IMG/VR virus record: IMGVR_UViG_3300026138_000017
Coordinates: 1 to 30,315 of that record
Length of the DNA stretch: 30,315 nt
Reading direction: 5' to 3' (one strand)
Origin: a virus
Taxonomy: Duplodnaviria; Caudoviricetes
Positions 15,038 to 23,985 of this stretch are shown here, in pieces; the stretch's first letter is position 1, and every line of letters starts with the position of its first letter. The position numbers and the translations under genes were made by a program. Under the pieces are notes generated by a model. It ran no database searches, was not told where the DNA came from, and saw only the letters and a list, made by a program, of their open reading frames with translations.

Positions 15038-15422
15038 TCGGTAATTTATCGGCAGGTATATCTGAACCTGCTGACATCTCCACCCAATTACCTAAATCTT
15101 CATCCCAATAATAACTCTTTGGTGCAAGTGCATCATCGCTCTCTGTACCATCAAACATTAATGAACCAGCATCTTGCGGAAACGGAACTGGTGGTTCATA
15201 TTCTCTTGTAGTTTCATTTAATGTCCAACTAGGAAACAAATGTGGTCCATTAAATTCTTCTGTTTCTGTATTCCAAACCCATCCAATTCCTGGTTTGTAT
15301 CCTAAATCATCAGCAATAACTTTTAAATTTTTTGTTGGCCATAGTGCTTGTGCATCTTCTAAACTATCTGCAATAGCAATATTTTCTATTGTGCCTCCAG
15401 GGCTAACCCACGCAATTATCAT
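15027..15422 (-). CDS. Putative tail-fibre-associated/assembly protein
   Basis: PGIGW, FPSWTLN...EPPVPFP...YYWDE...W pattern that I recall following Gly-rich fibre genes; coupled to the fibre gene. Confidence 0.55.
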   Translation of the reverse strand: MIIAWVSPGGTIENIAIADSLEDAQALWPTKNLKVIADDLGYKPGIGWVWNTETEEFNGPHLFPSWTLNETTREYEPPVPFPQDAGSLMFDGTESDDALAPKSYYWDEDLGNWVEMSAGSDIPADKLPNGG

Positions 15423-16198
15423 TACAATGCATCCTTTAAATATTGAATATAGGCTTTACCGGAACCACCATCTCCACCGGAATGATTGTTACCACCGCCA
15501 CCTCCACCGGAACCGGAGTTAACAACACCATTTCCACCTGGTGAGTTATTAGAGTTTCCGCCTACACCACCACCATATAGGTTACCCGAAGAACCTTGTG
15601 CACCCCAGGCACCTCCTCCACCACCACCACCGGAATGATAGTAAGTAGAACCATAGTCAGTAGAAGTTCTGTTAAAATATCCACCTATTTCTCCACGATT
15701 AACGTGTTGTGCATTGTTATGGGCACCACCGGAACGACCATTACCTGTTCCTTTTTCTCCACCGGAAGTTACAGTTACTTTAGTAGAACCGGAACCTGTA
15801 CTAGAGTTGTTACCTACTTGTCCACCCCAACCACAACAAGCACCGCCACCACCACCGCCACCTGCAGCAATGTTACCAATACTAGATTGACCACCTCTTT
15901 GGCCGGAGTTGTTTGCGTTGTTACCACCATTACCAATAGTTACAGTAATGTTATTACCAGGTTGTACACTAAGAAATCCAAAACCATCTACATAACCGGC
16001 ACCACCACCGCCACCACCTTGATGATTTCCTGGTCCTCCTCCACCACCTACTACTAACATTTCAAAATAGTTAGAGCCAAGTGGTTTAGAAAATGAAGAA
16101 CTAGATGTATATGTATGTGTTTGCGTAACAAAACCTAAACTTTTTTTAGATTTTCTACCCAAACCAACTGCTTGTGCAGTTGCTCTGTAAACTCCCAT
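15422..16198 (-). CDS. Glycine-rich tail fibre/receptor-binding protein
   Basis: LVVGGGGGPG, ITVTIGNGG, repeated GGGGG runs, C-terminal GGDGGSGKAYIQY; position after tail genes. Confidence 0.75.
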   Translation of the reverse strand: MGVYRATAQAVGLGRKSKKSLGFVTQTHTYTSSSSFSKPLGSNYFEMLVVGGGGGPGNHQGGGGGGAGYVDGFGFLSVQPGNNITVTIGNGGNNANNSGQRGGQSSIGNIAAGGGGGGGACCGWGGQVGNNSSTGSGSTKVTVTSGGEKGTGNGRSGGAHNNAQHVNRGEIGGYFNRTSTDYGSTYYHSGGGGGGGAWGAQGSSGNLYGGGVGGNSNNSPGGNGVVNSGSGGGGGGNNHSGGDGGSGKAYIQYLKDAL

Positions 16199-16206
16199 TT
16201 ATACTC

Positions 16207-16536
16207 CTATGTAATCTCTACGCCATATACATTAAAAGCTAAGTTTGTGTCTGAAGCATATATAGTTATTACATCTGTTGCACCTAAAGTAATACCCAAA
16301 GTTAAAGCAACTGTATCGTTTGCAGGAATAGTAGTGTCATAAGCAATGTAATGTGAATTGTCTATGGATGCACCACCATCTCTAACTGCAATACGATAAG
16401 TATTTGCTGAACCCTCTAAGTTTGCAACTGTTATTGTTGAAACTATTACCTGCGTATCTGCACCAACAGTTAAAATATCTGTATTAGTAGTAGCAGCAGG
16501 GTTACTTTGTGCAAGTATTTTATACTCATTCGCCAT
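16207..16536 (-). CDS. Small beta-rich virion structural protein
   Basis: MANEYKILAQSNP...FNVYGVEIT; Thr/Ala/Val rich; SD GGAG. Confidence 0.7.
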   Translation of the reverse strand: MANEYKILAQSNPAATTNTDILTVGADTQVIVSTITVANLEGSANTYRIAVRDGGASIDNSHYIAYDTTIPANDTVALTLGITLGATDVITIYASDTNLAFNVYGVEIT

Positions 16537-16547
16537 TTAATTATCTC

Positions 16548-16736
16548 CTATAATTGTGTGAGCAATAATTGTTGTTGCTCAAACTCTTGTACTATAACCC
16601 AGTGACATCTATTGTCCGGATTATCTGTAGCTATACCTATATTAGCACCAAAAAATCTTGTTACAAGGAAAGCGAGGTTTTCATCATATGGTTCATCACT
16701 CCCACTAAACGCAAATCTTGTTGCACCTAAAGGCAT
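16548..16736 (-). CDS. Small hypothetical tail-region protein
   Basis: Tight packing; C-terminus resembles that of 16738-16986. Confidence 0.6.
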   Translation of the reverse strand: MPLGATRFAFSGSDEPYDENLAFLVTRFFGANIGIATDNPDNRCHWVIVQEFEQQQLLLTQL

Positions 16737-16737
16737 T

Positions 16738-16986
16738 TTATAGCCCAGTTAATAGGATAACTTGTTCTTCGGAATTTGCAAAACCAACTGCTTCTACCCA
16801 ATGAACACTGTTACTAGGTTGTTGTAAAGCATTAGTTCCTGTAAAAATTCTATATGTTGTAAATAATAATGTTGCATCAAATCCACTAGCATCAGGTAAT
16901 AAATCTATATCTTCATCTATTGGTAAGTTACCAATAGTATCAATACCTAAACTTCCACCTTCTTTTAGCATTAGTAACATACTCAT
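16738..16986 (-). CDS. Small hypothetical tail-region protein
   Basis: Tight packing with its neighbours. Confidence 0.6.
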   Translation of the reverse strand: MSMLLMLKEGGSLGIDTIGNLPIDEDIDLLPDASGFDATLLFTTYRIFTGTNALQQPSNSVHWVEAVGFANSEEQVILLTGL

Positions 16987-16989
16987 TGT

Positions 16990-17763
16990 TTAAACAAAGG
17001 CCTGTAATGCGTTTATATATAAATCACCTTCATATGTTAATACACCTACTATATCTATTCCCGATGCAGTTTGTGCATAAACATTACCATTAGCGTGCTT
17101 AGGTGTTTTAGATACGCCATCTATTTCCCAGGATAATGCTGCTGTTCCTGTAGTATTTTTCAGAATAAATGTTGCATTTTCTAATAATGAACTATCAACA
17201 TTTGTTAAGTTTAATGTTACTGTTCCTTGTATGTCTGCTTCAAATACATTGTGTGCCTCTAAATCACAATCTGTAGTACCAGTAGTTAAAGCACCAAGGT
17301 CCGAAACCTTCTCTTCAAAACCTGCAAGTTTAGGTTGTGTAAGTTCGTTACCATCAAAATCTACAGTACCAGTCATAGTTCCACCGGATTTAGGAAGTGC
17401 TGCGTTTGCAGTTGTTTGTGCATTTGTTGATAAAGTTTGTGCATCACTAATATGTTCGGCTAATACAGCAAGTCTTACTATTGTACCTACTTGGTGTGTT
17501 GGTAAACTTGCGTGCCTACCTTCTAAATCTCTTGTTATAGCAGTAAAAGAAGTACCCGAAGATGCAGTTACAGATACAACTTCTCTGTTAGCAGAGTTAT
17601 CCGGGTCCATAACTAAATATATAGGGCTACTAACTGATGCATTAATTACAGTAGTACCATCTGTTGTTGGTGCTGTAACTACTGTTGTACTAGCAGGAGT
17701 AGCACCTGTTAGTATTGATGCTAAGGTGCTTTCATAAAAGTTTACTATTTGACTTGTAGCCAT
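16990..17763 (-). CDS. Minor tail/tail fibre protein
   Basis: Thr/Ser/Ala rich; ALPKSGGTMTG fibre-type repeat; TAATG coupling. Confidence 0.7.
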   Translation of the reverse strand: MATSQIVNFYESTLASILTGATPASTTVVTAPTTDGTTVINASVSSPIYLVMDPDNSANREVVSVTASSGTSFTAITRDLEGRHASLPTHQVGTIVRLAVLAEHISDAQTLSTNAQTTANAALPKSGGTMTGTVDFDGNELTQPKLAGFEEKVSDLGALTTGTTDCDLEAHNVFEADIQGTVTLNLTNVDSSLLENATFILKNTTGTAALSWEIDGVSKTPKHANGNVYAQTASGIDIVGVLTYEGDLYINALQAFV

Positions 17764-19733
17764 TATCCTCCGTATCTCATTATACCAAATGCTGCAATAC
17801 CTGGAACGTGTACAGAAGTTACATCTGTCAATGTAGGCTGTCTAGTTCCACGCACTGTAATGATAGCATAAGTAGTATCGCTACCTAAGTTATTGTTAGA
17901 TATAACTGGATAGCTTATTTGTTCTACCACACCACGAATAATTTCTCGTGGTTGAAATATTTCTAATGTAACACTGTCACCTTCTTTAGAACGAAGTGCA
18001 GAATATAATTCATCTCCTAATCCTTTTACAGTTATAGGTTTTCTGCCGGGCCTTTCAACTCTATCGCTTATATTTATAGGTATTTGTGCAACTACAAGTT
18101 CCGGTCTAGCTAATGCACGAAACTGTACTGATTTAACTTTAGGTGTATTGATACCATCACTTGATTTTAAAACTACTTTACCAATAATATATCTTGATAC
18201 TTCTGCTATTTGTTTTTCAATATCACCTGTACCGGATATTTGTTCAAAGGCACTTGTGTATGTAGCAGCAGTAGGAGTATCTAAATCTTCAAACTTTGTA
18301 GAATATTGCAACTCAACGCTTGTGTTAGTTGCTAAGTTAGTAGTAGATATTTCTGCACCAACAAATTGTTTATTTTCTGCAGTAAAAAAATCTGCAGCAG
18401 ATAACACTAAATAACCTTCACTCATATGTGTAGAGGTTTCTCTATATATATCAGCACCGGCTACTACTGCTAAAAATTTACCACCTGCGTTAGATATACC
18501 AGTAACAAATCCACCTTCACCCAATTCTAAATCTCTAGCTAGACCTGCAGTTGGTAAGTAATATCTCCATAAATAACTTTCATTAGTATCTTCCTGGATA
18601 CCACAATATACACTATCTCTTGATACGAACATATGTTTTGGTGTTGTGTCTATACCATCAATAACCCATTCTTTTATTAATTGCCTACCAGTTAAGACAT
18701 ACAAATCATCTGCTACTGATAGTTGAGCACGATACATCCTACCTACATCACGACTAAATTCTTTAGTACCAAAAAATACTTGACCTTCTGCAGCTGCAAT
18801 AGAATGTATTTCTTCATACGGAATATTTGTTTGCCCTTTAAGTCCGAATGTACCTTCTACTTCTTTACAAGAATATATATCACCATTTGTACTTGCTACT
18901 AACACTACAGCACCGGCATCAATTACTTGTGAAACGTGGTGACTATCTTCAAATTTAATTATTTCATCATCAACTGCTAAATCAGATGCTGACCAAGTTT
19001 TATTAAATGGGCTTACAGCGTAAACTCTCTCTATTACACCATCATCTGCAGATATAAATAACTGTCCTTTTTGAAACCACACACCAGTAAGTCCTCCATT
19101 GCTATCCCAGTGTGTATTCTCTTTGGTCCAGGTAGTACCATCATATTTTATTAACTCTGAATTAGATACACTATTTGCTGTTGTTGCATAAATGTGGTCA
19201 CCTACTGATGCAATACCTGTAATATTATAGTTTATAGTAAAACCTGGTGAAACTGATGACCAAGATACTCCATCATTTGTAGATTGATATATTGTAGTAC
19301 TATCTGTCACATACAAATCACCATTGGTTGTTCTTGCTAAATAGTTATTTGTATTTGAAAAATTAATACTTTTTGTTTCTGTTGTAAATAATAAATGAAT
19401 ATTATAAGCTACTTCATCATCTCCGTGAAAAACATCTACTCCTTTACTATCCCAAAATCTATTTGGGTCATTAGGTTTTGCATCTGCTCTATGTGCAGTA
19501 TCAAGTCCTTGTCCTCCTGTAAAATTATTTCTTGAATATATACGACCTAAGTTAGAAGTAAAATCTTCAGCATTTTGTTTTACATTAACCTGTTGTTCTT
19601 GTACATCAGAAGATTGTATTGTCATTTGTCTATCCGGGGATGTAGCAGTTCTTAAATATATATCATCAATTTGTATGTCGTATCCGTATCGTTTTGGATT
19701 TCTTAAATTGGAAGTGCTTGATACTCTAGGCAT
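17763..19733 (-). CDS. Large tail protein (nozzle/tail-tubular-B-like, predicted beta-propeller)
   Basis: 656 aa, beta-rich with an Asp-box (STNDGVSW); follows the adaptor-like gene. Assignment is by position. Confidence 0.55.
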   Translation of the reverse strand: MPRVSSTSNLRNPKRYGYDIQIDDIYLRTATSPDRQMTIQSSDVQEQQVNVKQNAEDFTSNLGRIYSRNNFTGGQGLDTAHRADAKPNDPNRFWDSKGVDVFHGDDEVAYNIHLLFTTETKSINFSNTNNYLARTTNGDLYVTDSTTIYQSTNDGVSWSSVSPGFTINYNITGIASVGDHIYATTANSVSNSELIKYDGTTWTKENTHWDSNGGLTGVWFQKGQLFISADDGVIERVYAVSPFNKTWSASDLAVDDEIIKFEDSHHVSQVIDAGAVVLVASTNGDIYSCKEVEGTFGLKGQTNIPYEEIHSIAAAEGQVFFGTKEFSRDVGRMYRAQLSVADDLYVLTGRQLIKEWVIDGIDTTPKHMFVSRDSVYCGIQEDTNESYLWRYYLPTAGLARDLELGEGGFVTGISNAGGKFLAVVAGADIYRETSTHMSEGYLVLSAADFFTAENKQFVGAEISTTNLATNTSVELQYSTKFEDLDTPTAATYTSAFEQISGTGDIEKQIAEVSRYIIGKVVLKSSDGINTPKVKSVQFRALARPELVVAQIPINISDRVERPGRKPITVKGLGDELYSALRSKEGDSVTLEIFQPREIIRGVVEQISYPVISNNNLGSDTTYAIITVRGTRQPTLTDVTSVHVPGIAAFGIMRYGG

Positions 19734-20674
19734 TATGCACTCGGATATACAACACTATTTATTGTTACTGGTTCCGGGTATCTTGCTCTAAGGTCCTTTC
19801 GTGCTTGTTGAATAAGCAACTGTTGGTATTGTAATAATGAATTTCTTACAGAGTTTGAACTTCCTATAGGAACACTAGCTGTTTGTAATTGTTCTGTAAT
19901 AAAACTTGCATCCATTGTAGATATATCTTTACCTGCTATTAATTGTGCAGCAACACCAGCCATAATAATTGGTTCATATTCACTTTCTAATCCTATTGAA
20001 GCAAGTGTTGTATCTTCATCTGTTACTTGTCCAAACTTTTTCTTAAATGTAACGTGAACATTTATACCAGTATTTATTCCAAAAAACTGTACAACTTTAC
20101 CGGAGGCAGTTACAGATGTGGGTACATCTATTAACTCTACAGATACACCCCTAAACTGTACTGATGTTTCATTGCCCGATGCAAGTGTTGTAAATTGTGA
20201 TACCGCTTTTAAAGGTGCAACAATTAAGTTGTCATCTCCACCAGTTAAAGCAACATATCCAGTAGCAGAAGTTAATGTTTGTTCTTCAACTGCGTAAATT
20301 GTAGGATATAAATTTTCTATTTGGTCTGTAACAGCATCATAAACTGCTTTCCTGGTATAAGATGGTGCTATTTTTATAATATCACCTGCACTATGTGCTG
20401 CTGCAGTAGTACCTCTTTGTCCTCTCTTGACTGTTATTTCGTTTGATACTGTATTTAATGCAGTAGAGAACATAATCTCCTGGCCAATTTCTATAATTGC
20501 ACCAGCATCTAAAGCATCTTCTTCTTCAACACTTAACAAGTCACCATCATAAGCAACAGTAGTTGCATCAATAGCAACACCTCCTGTTAAATATGAATAG
20601 CTATTAACTTTATCGGGTGTATCTAGGTACTCTCTAAATGTCCTATCTACTAGACCTCTTATATCACTACTCAT
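19733..20674 (-). CDS. Head-tail adaptor/tail-tubular-A-like virion protein
   Basis: Position after the capsid genes; VKRGQRGTTAAAH motif common in virion proteins. Confidence 0.5.
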   Translation of the reverse strand: MSSDIRGLVDRTFREYLDTPDKVNSYSYLTGGVAIDATTVAYDGDLLSVEEEDALDAGAIIEIGQEIMFSTALNTVSNEITVKRGQRGTTAAAHSAGDIIKIAPSYTRKAVYDAVTDQIENLYPTIYAVEEQTLTSATGYVALTGGDDNLIVAPLKAVSQFTTLASGNETSVQFRGVSVELIDVPTSVTASGKVVQFFGINTGINVHVTFKKKFGQVTDEDTTLASIGLESEYEPIIMAGVAAQLIAGKDISTMDASFITEQLQTASVPIGSSNSVRNSLLQYQQLLIQQARKDLRARYPEPVTINSVVYPSA

Positions 20675-20682
20675 TTTCTACC

Positions 20683-21036
20683 TTATGCTGAATGAAATAC
20701 TAATTTAATTTCTCTATCAGCTGCTTCTGCGGAACCGGATACAACTTTAATTGCACCTACTCCAGCCCATCCACTAGGGTCCACACGAACTTGTTTGTCT
20801 GCTGATACTGTATAAGACACATCTGTTCCATCAGTTTCAGTTAAGACTTTAAAGTTTCCGTTGGAGTTAGTATTACTTACTTGAAATGTAATAGCTGTTC
20901 CTGTCATTGCTGCTGGGAAGATAATTCCTGATAACAATAAACCATCAGTATCCACTGCTGTAGATACAGTTGTGCTTTCGCTTATGTCTATTGTTACTGC
21001 TTTTGTTTTGTATAAACTTTTACCTGCTACCGGCAT
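20683..21036 (-). CDS. Small virion structural protein (possible capsid decoration)
   Basis: Beta-rich 117 aa directly after the MCP; SD AGGAG. Confidence 0.6.
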   Translation of the reverse strand: MPVAGKSLYKTKAVTIDISESTTVSTAVDTDGLLLSGIIFPAAMTGTAITFQVSNTNSNGNFKVLTETDGTDVSYTVSADKQVRVDPSGWAGVGAIKVVSGSAEAADREIKLVFHSA

Positions 21037-21068
21037 TCTTTCTCCTAAATCTTATTTTATATTTTAAC

Positions 21069-21108
21069 ACAAGAAGTGGGTGGAGGTGGAGTTCCACCCA
21101 AATCTTGT
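21069..21108 (-). terminator. Hairpin after the major capsid gene, abutting an extended -10 (TGTGTTAAAAT, 21071-21061)
   Basis: ACAAGA..TGGGTGGA-(8 nt)-TCCACCCA..TCTTGT. Confidence 0.6.
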
Positions 21109-21119
21109 AAATTTTATCT

Positions 21120-22130
21120 TTAGCTTACGCCATTGATAACAGCGTGATATTCCGCTGGTCCTTTTTCAAGACCAATTTCCATATAAACACGCTTTGATAC
21201 TGCTGCTGCATCATCATTGTCTGTATCTTCTACGAATACACCACCTTTACCAGGGATGTTTAAGAAGCATACATCAAGATATGCAAGGTCCAATACGAAT
21301 GCTTGGTCAGAAGGAACGAACTCGTTCACTGCTAATCCAATATTTCCGAATGGTGTAACGATAGTATCAATGTTGATACCAGCTACATTTCTATCTCTTG
21401 GTAAGATAGCCATTTGGTTAGAACCACTCTTAACAAGGTTTTGGTTCAAGTCTAAGATTGAACCTGGTCTTGCGAAGAGCACTACATTTTGCATTGGTGC
21501 ACCGGCATCATACATTAATTTCAATGTTTCTGCGATTGCATCAAAGTCAAGACCTTGTGCTGAACCGGTTCCATTACCGGCATCATCGTGTGCGTATGCT
21601 GATGAACCATTTCCTGTGGCTACCCATTCAGCGATGCCTCGCATCTCTCTTGGGTTTCCATCTGTTCCATCATTGAAGGTAGCATTGAAAAATTCATATT
21701 CAACTTCTCTTGCTATCTTTGAAAGTAACTCTTCTAATTGAAAAGCCATTTCATCATTAATTGGGTTTGAACCTTCAAAAGCTGCTGTTCCTGTTTCCAT
21801 AGCTTGTGAGTTCAAGTATCCTGTGGATGCTAATGCGGAATAGGTGAGTTTAACACCTTGGTTCCAAATTTGCACACAGTCAATAGATGAACTTCTGCTT
21901 CTACCAAAGTAAGCAGGGTTACCACCTTCAGCAACGGCTGTGTAGCCGGATACTGCTGGTGTATCTACTTTTTGGGTTTGGAAAACTGGAGAGTTAAGAA
22001 GTTTACCACCTGTTAAACCACCAACCATTGATAGTAAAGGTGTTCTTCTTGCACCAACTTTGAATAGTTCACCTGTAAAGTTATTGATTTCGCTTACTGA
22101 AATCGGGTCGGGTGAGCCTATTGCGGCCAT
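21120..22130 (-). CDS. Major capsid protein (HK97-like; resembles the DUF5309/SU10-type family)
   Basis: 336 aa after an acidic scaffold-like gene; TPLLSMVG, IAREVEYEF, REMRGI, IDTIVTPFGNI, YMEIGLE motifs; strong SD. Confidence 0.85.
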   Translation of the reverse strand: MAAIGSPDPISVSEINNFTGELFKVGARRTPLLSMVGGLTGGKLLNSPVFQTQKVDTPAVSGYTAVAEGGNPAYFGRSRSSSIDCVQIWNQGVKLTYSALASTGYLNSQAMETGTAAFEGSNPINDEMAFQLEELLSKIAREVEYEFFNATFNDGTDGNPREMRGIAEWVATGNGSSAYAHDDAGNGTGSAQGLDFDAIAETLKLMYDAGAPMQNVVLFARPGSILDLNQNLVKSGSNQMAILPRDRNVAGINIDTIVTPFGNIGLAVNEFVPSDQAFVLDLAYLDVCFLNIPGKGGVFVEDTDNDDAAAVSKRVYMEIGLEKGPAEYHAVINGVS

Positions 22131-22174
22131 TTTAATCTCCTAAATTTCTTGTTTAGGAGGCTTATTCTCCTAAA

Positions 22175-22624
22175 CTACTTTTTGTCCAACTCGTTAAGAG
22201 CCTTCATTTTAGAAGCTATGCTATCTCGCACCCTACCAGTTTCTTGTGCTTGTGCAATTTGGTCCCGAATTCCTGGGGAACCCGACACGGCTTGTGCTTG
22301 TGCTGCAAGGTTGTCTAATCTTTCCTGCCCTGCGTTGACTGTTTCACGAAAACTGTCTTGTTGCCCAAATACTTCTTCACCAAATTCTTCAGATATAAAT
22401 GCTTTTAAAGCATCTGCTGAAGTATCGCCTTCGTACATTTGGTCGGCTGCTTTACCAATTCCTTTTGACCTATCTAAACCTATTTGTTTAAACAACTCAT
22501 CTCGTTCCTGGGTCTGATACTTTATCAGTTCTTCTTTGAGGGTTTTATTCTCCTCACGAATTGCCTTCCAGTTTTTATCTTCACCAGTATTGGTTTCTAC
22601 GCTTGCTTCTTCGTTTTGTGACAT
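22175..22624 (-). CDS. Capsid scaffolding protein (putative)
   Basis: Acidic, helical, 149 aa, immediately upstream of the MCP; SD GAGGAGG. Confidence 0.7.
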   Translation of the reverse strand: MSQNEEASVETNTGEDKNWKAIREENKTLKEELIKYQTQERDELFKQIGLDRSKGIGKAADQMYEGDTSADALKAFISEEFGEEVFGQQDSFRETVNAGQERLDNLAAQAQAVSGSPGIRDQIAQAQETGRVRDSIASKMKALNELDKK

Positions 22625-22638
22625 TGCTGTCCTCCTCT

Positions 22639-22777
22639 ATAAATAATATTTTTACAAGCCGCATTTATGTCATCGGCTGAACTACTACATATTATTTATT
22701 TATCGTGTCTTGTATGTAGGCATCAAGACAGTTTTCGTTCTAGGTCTAGTTTAACCACCCGGCCTTAGTAGAGTGTC
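22639..22777 (-). ncRNA. Candidate structured cis-regulatory 5' leader of the scaffold/capsid operon
   Basis: Stems 22639-22649/22689-22699, 22657-22661/22674-22678 and 22706-22712/22724-22730; possible cross-pairing 22685-22691/22713-22719. Confidence 0.5.
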
Positions 22778-22783
22778 GTATTA

Positions 22784-22810
22784 ATTATAACACAACTTGT
22801 TTAAACAAGT
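22784..22810 (-). promoter_or_regulatory. Capsid-operon promoter: extended -10 TGTGTTATAAT with the 16-bp perfect palindrome ACTTGTTTAAACAAGT directly upstream
   Basis: TATAAT at 22789-22784; palindrome at 22795-22810. Confidence 0.7.
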
Positions 22811-22812
22811 AG

Positions 22813-23985
22813 TTAATCCTCAACTAATCCAACAACTTGACCACCTTGGGTTGTTGCTGCACCTGTCTGTACTGCACTTTCACTAGCTTCTTGTGCTGAT
22901 ACTCGTTTAATTAATCCTAATTCTTGTGGCGATAATCCGGCTACACCTAATGCAATTTGTTCTTCAGTAATAGTACCGCCACGACCTGCGGCTGCACCTG
23001 TAAGTCCGGATAATTCTTCTGTTCTAGCGAATACTTTAGCTGCATCTCTTTGTGATATATCTGCCTCTACAAATTTTTCTGCTGTTGATAGGCCTACTGT
23101 TACTGTAGCTATCTCTGCTTCTGCAAGTATTTGAGATGTAAGTATCTGATTTTCTAATACTGCTGTAGATATTGTTGGGCTAATAAACATAGCAAATAAA
23201 GAAGTTTCATCTATTGCATAACCATACTGTTCGTTAAATACTTCTAATACTTGGTCTTTGTTGTTTATTAATTGTTCATAACCAAACTCTAATCTTGCTT
23301 GGAACTCTGTTACATCTACATCTCCACTTATCGCATTAACAATTTCATCTGCAAATATATCCGGATTAAGATTGTAAGTTCTTAATGCATCTTTCATACC
23401 ATCTTTTAATTCTAAATATTGTACTTCTGTCATACGAAGAGTTCCATCTTCTCTTCTTATACCAGGGAACGCAGCAGCGTATTCATCCCCTGACCTTACT
23501 GTAGCTAGTGCTATATCTATACTTCCTGTTTCAGTCCATTTATTAACAATGCTTTGAATAATGTTGTCCGGAAAATATGGGAACAATGCCGAAGCATCTT
23601 CTTTAGTAGGTGTATATGTTTTAGTTTCTTCTTCAAATTTTGATTGTGTAGATGAACCAGTATAAATATTAGAACCTTCTAACTCTTTTAATAATGATTG
23701 TATTATTCCTAACGCTGCGTTTGTAGCTGCATCTAATTCATCTTGTGCTGATGTAGAATAAGTCATAATACCTGGTGTTAAATTTTCCTCACTATCACCT
23801 TCATCTAGCGGGTCAGCAATATTAAAGTCAATGCTTGGGTCAAGAGTTCCGCTGTTAATTTTTTCTAATAAATCGGGGTCAATTTGAATGTCCGGTACTT
23901 GTTCAAAATAACCTTCACCTGCTGCTTCAGCAGAAGTATCAAATTGTTTTGTTTGTCCTGTTCTTGGGTCCCTAAATGTAGGCAT
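22813..23985 (-). CDS. Putative internal virion/ejection protein
   Basis: 390 aa, acidic, helical; within a run of TAATG-coupled large genes. Function is inferred from context only. Confidence 0.5.
   Translation of the reverse strand: MPTFRDPRTGQTKQFDTSAEAAGEGYFEQVPDIQIDPDLLEKINSGTLDPSIDFNIADPLDEGDSEENLTPGIMTYSTSAQDELDAATNAALGIIQSLLKELEGSNIYTGSSTQSKFEEETKTYTPTKEDASALFPYFPDNIIQSIVNKWTETGSIDIALATVRSGDEYAAAFPGIRREDGTLRMTEVQYLELKDGMKDALRTYNLNPDIFADEIVNAISGDVDVTEFQARLEFGYEQLINNKDQVLEVFNEQYGYAIDETSLFAMFISPTISTAVLENQILTSQILAEAEIATVTVGLSTAEKFVEADISQRDAAKVFARTEELSGLTGAAAGRGGTITEEQIALGVAGLSPQELGLIKRVSAQEASESAVQTGAATTQGGQVVGLVED

Noticed and set aside
15422-17763. Diversity-generating retroelement or invertible fibre cassette
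   Set aside because: No reverse transcriptase, invertase or template/variable repeat pair was seen.
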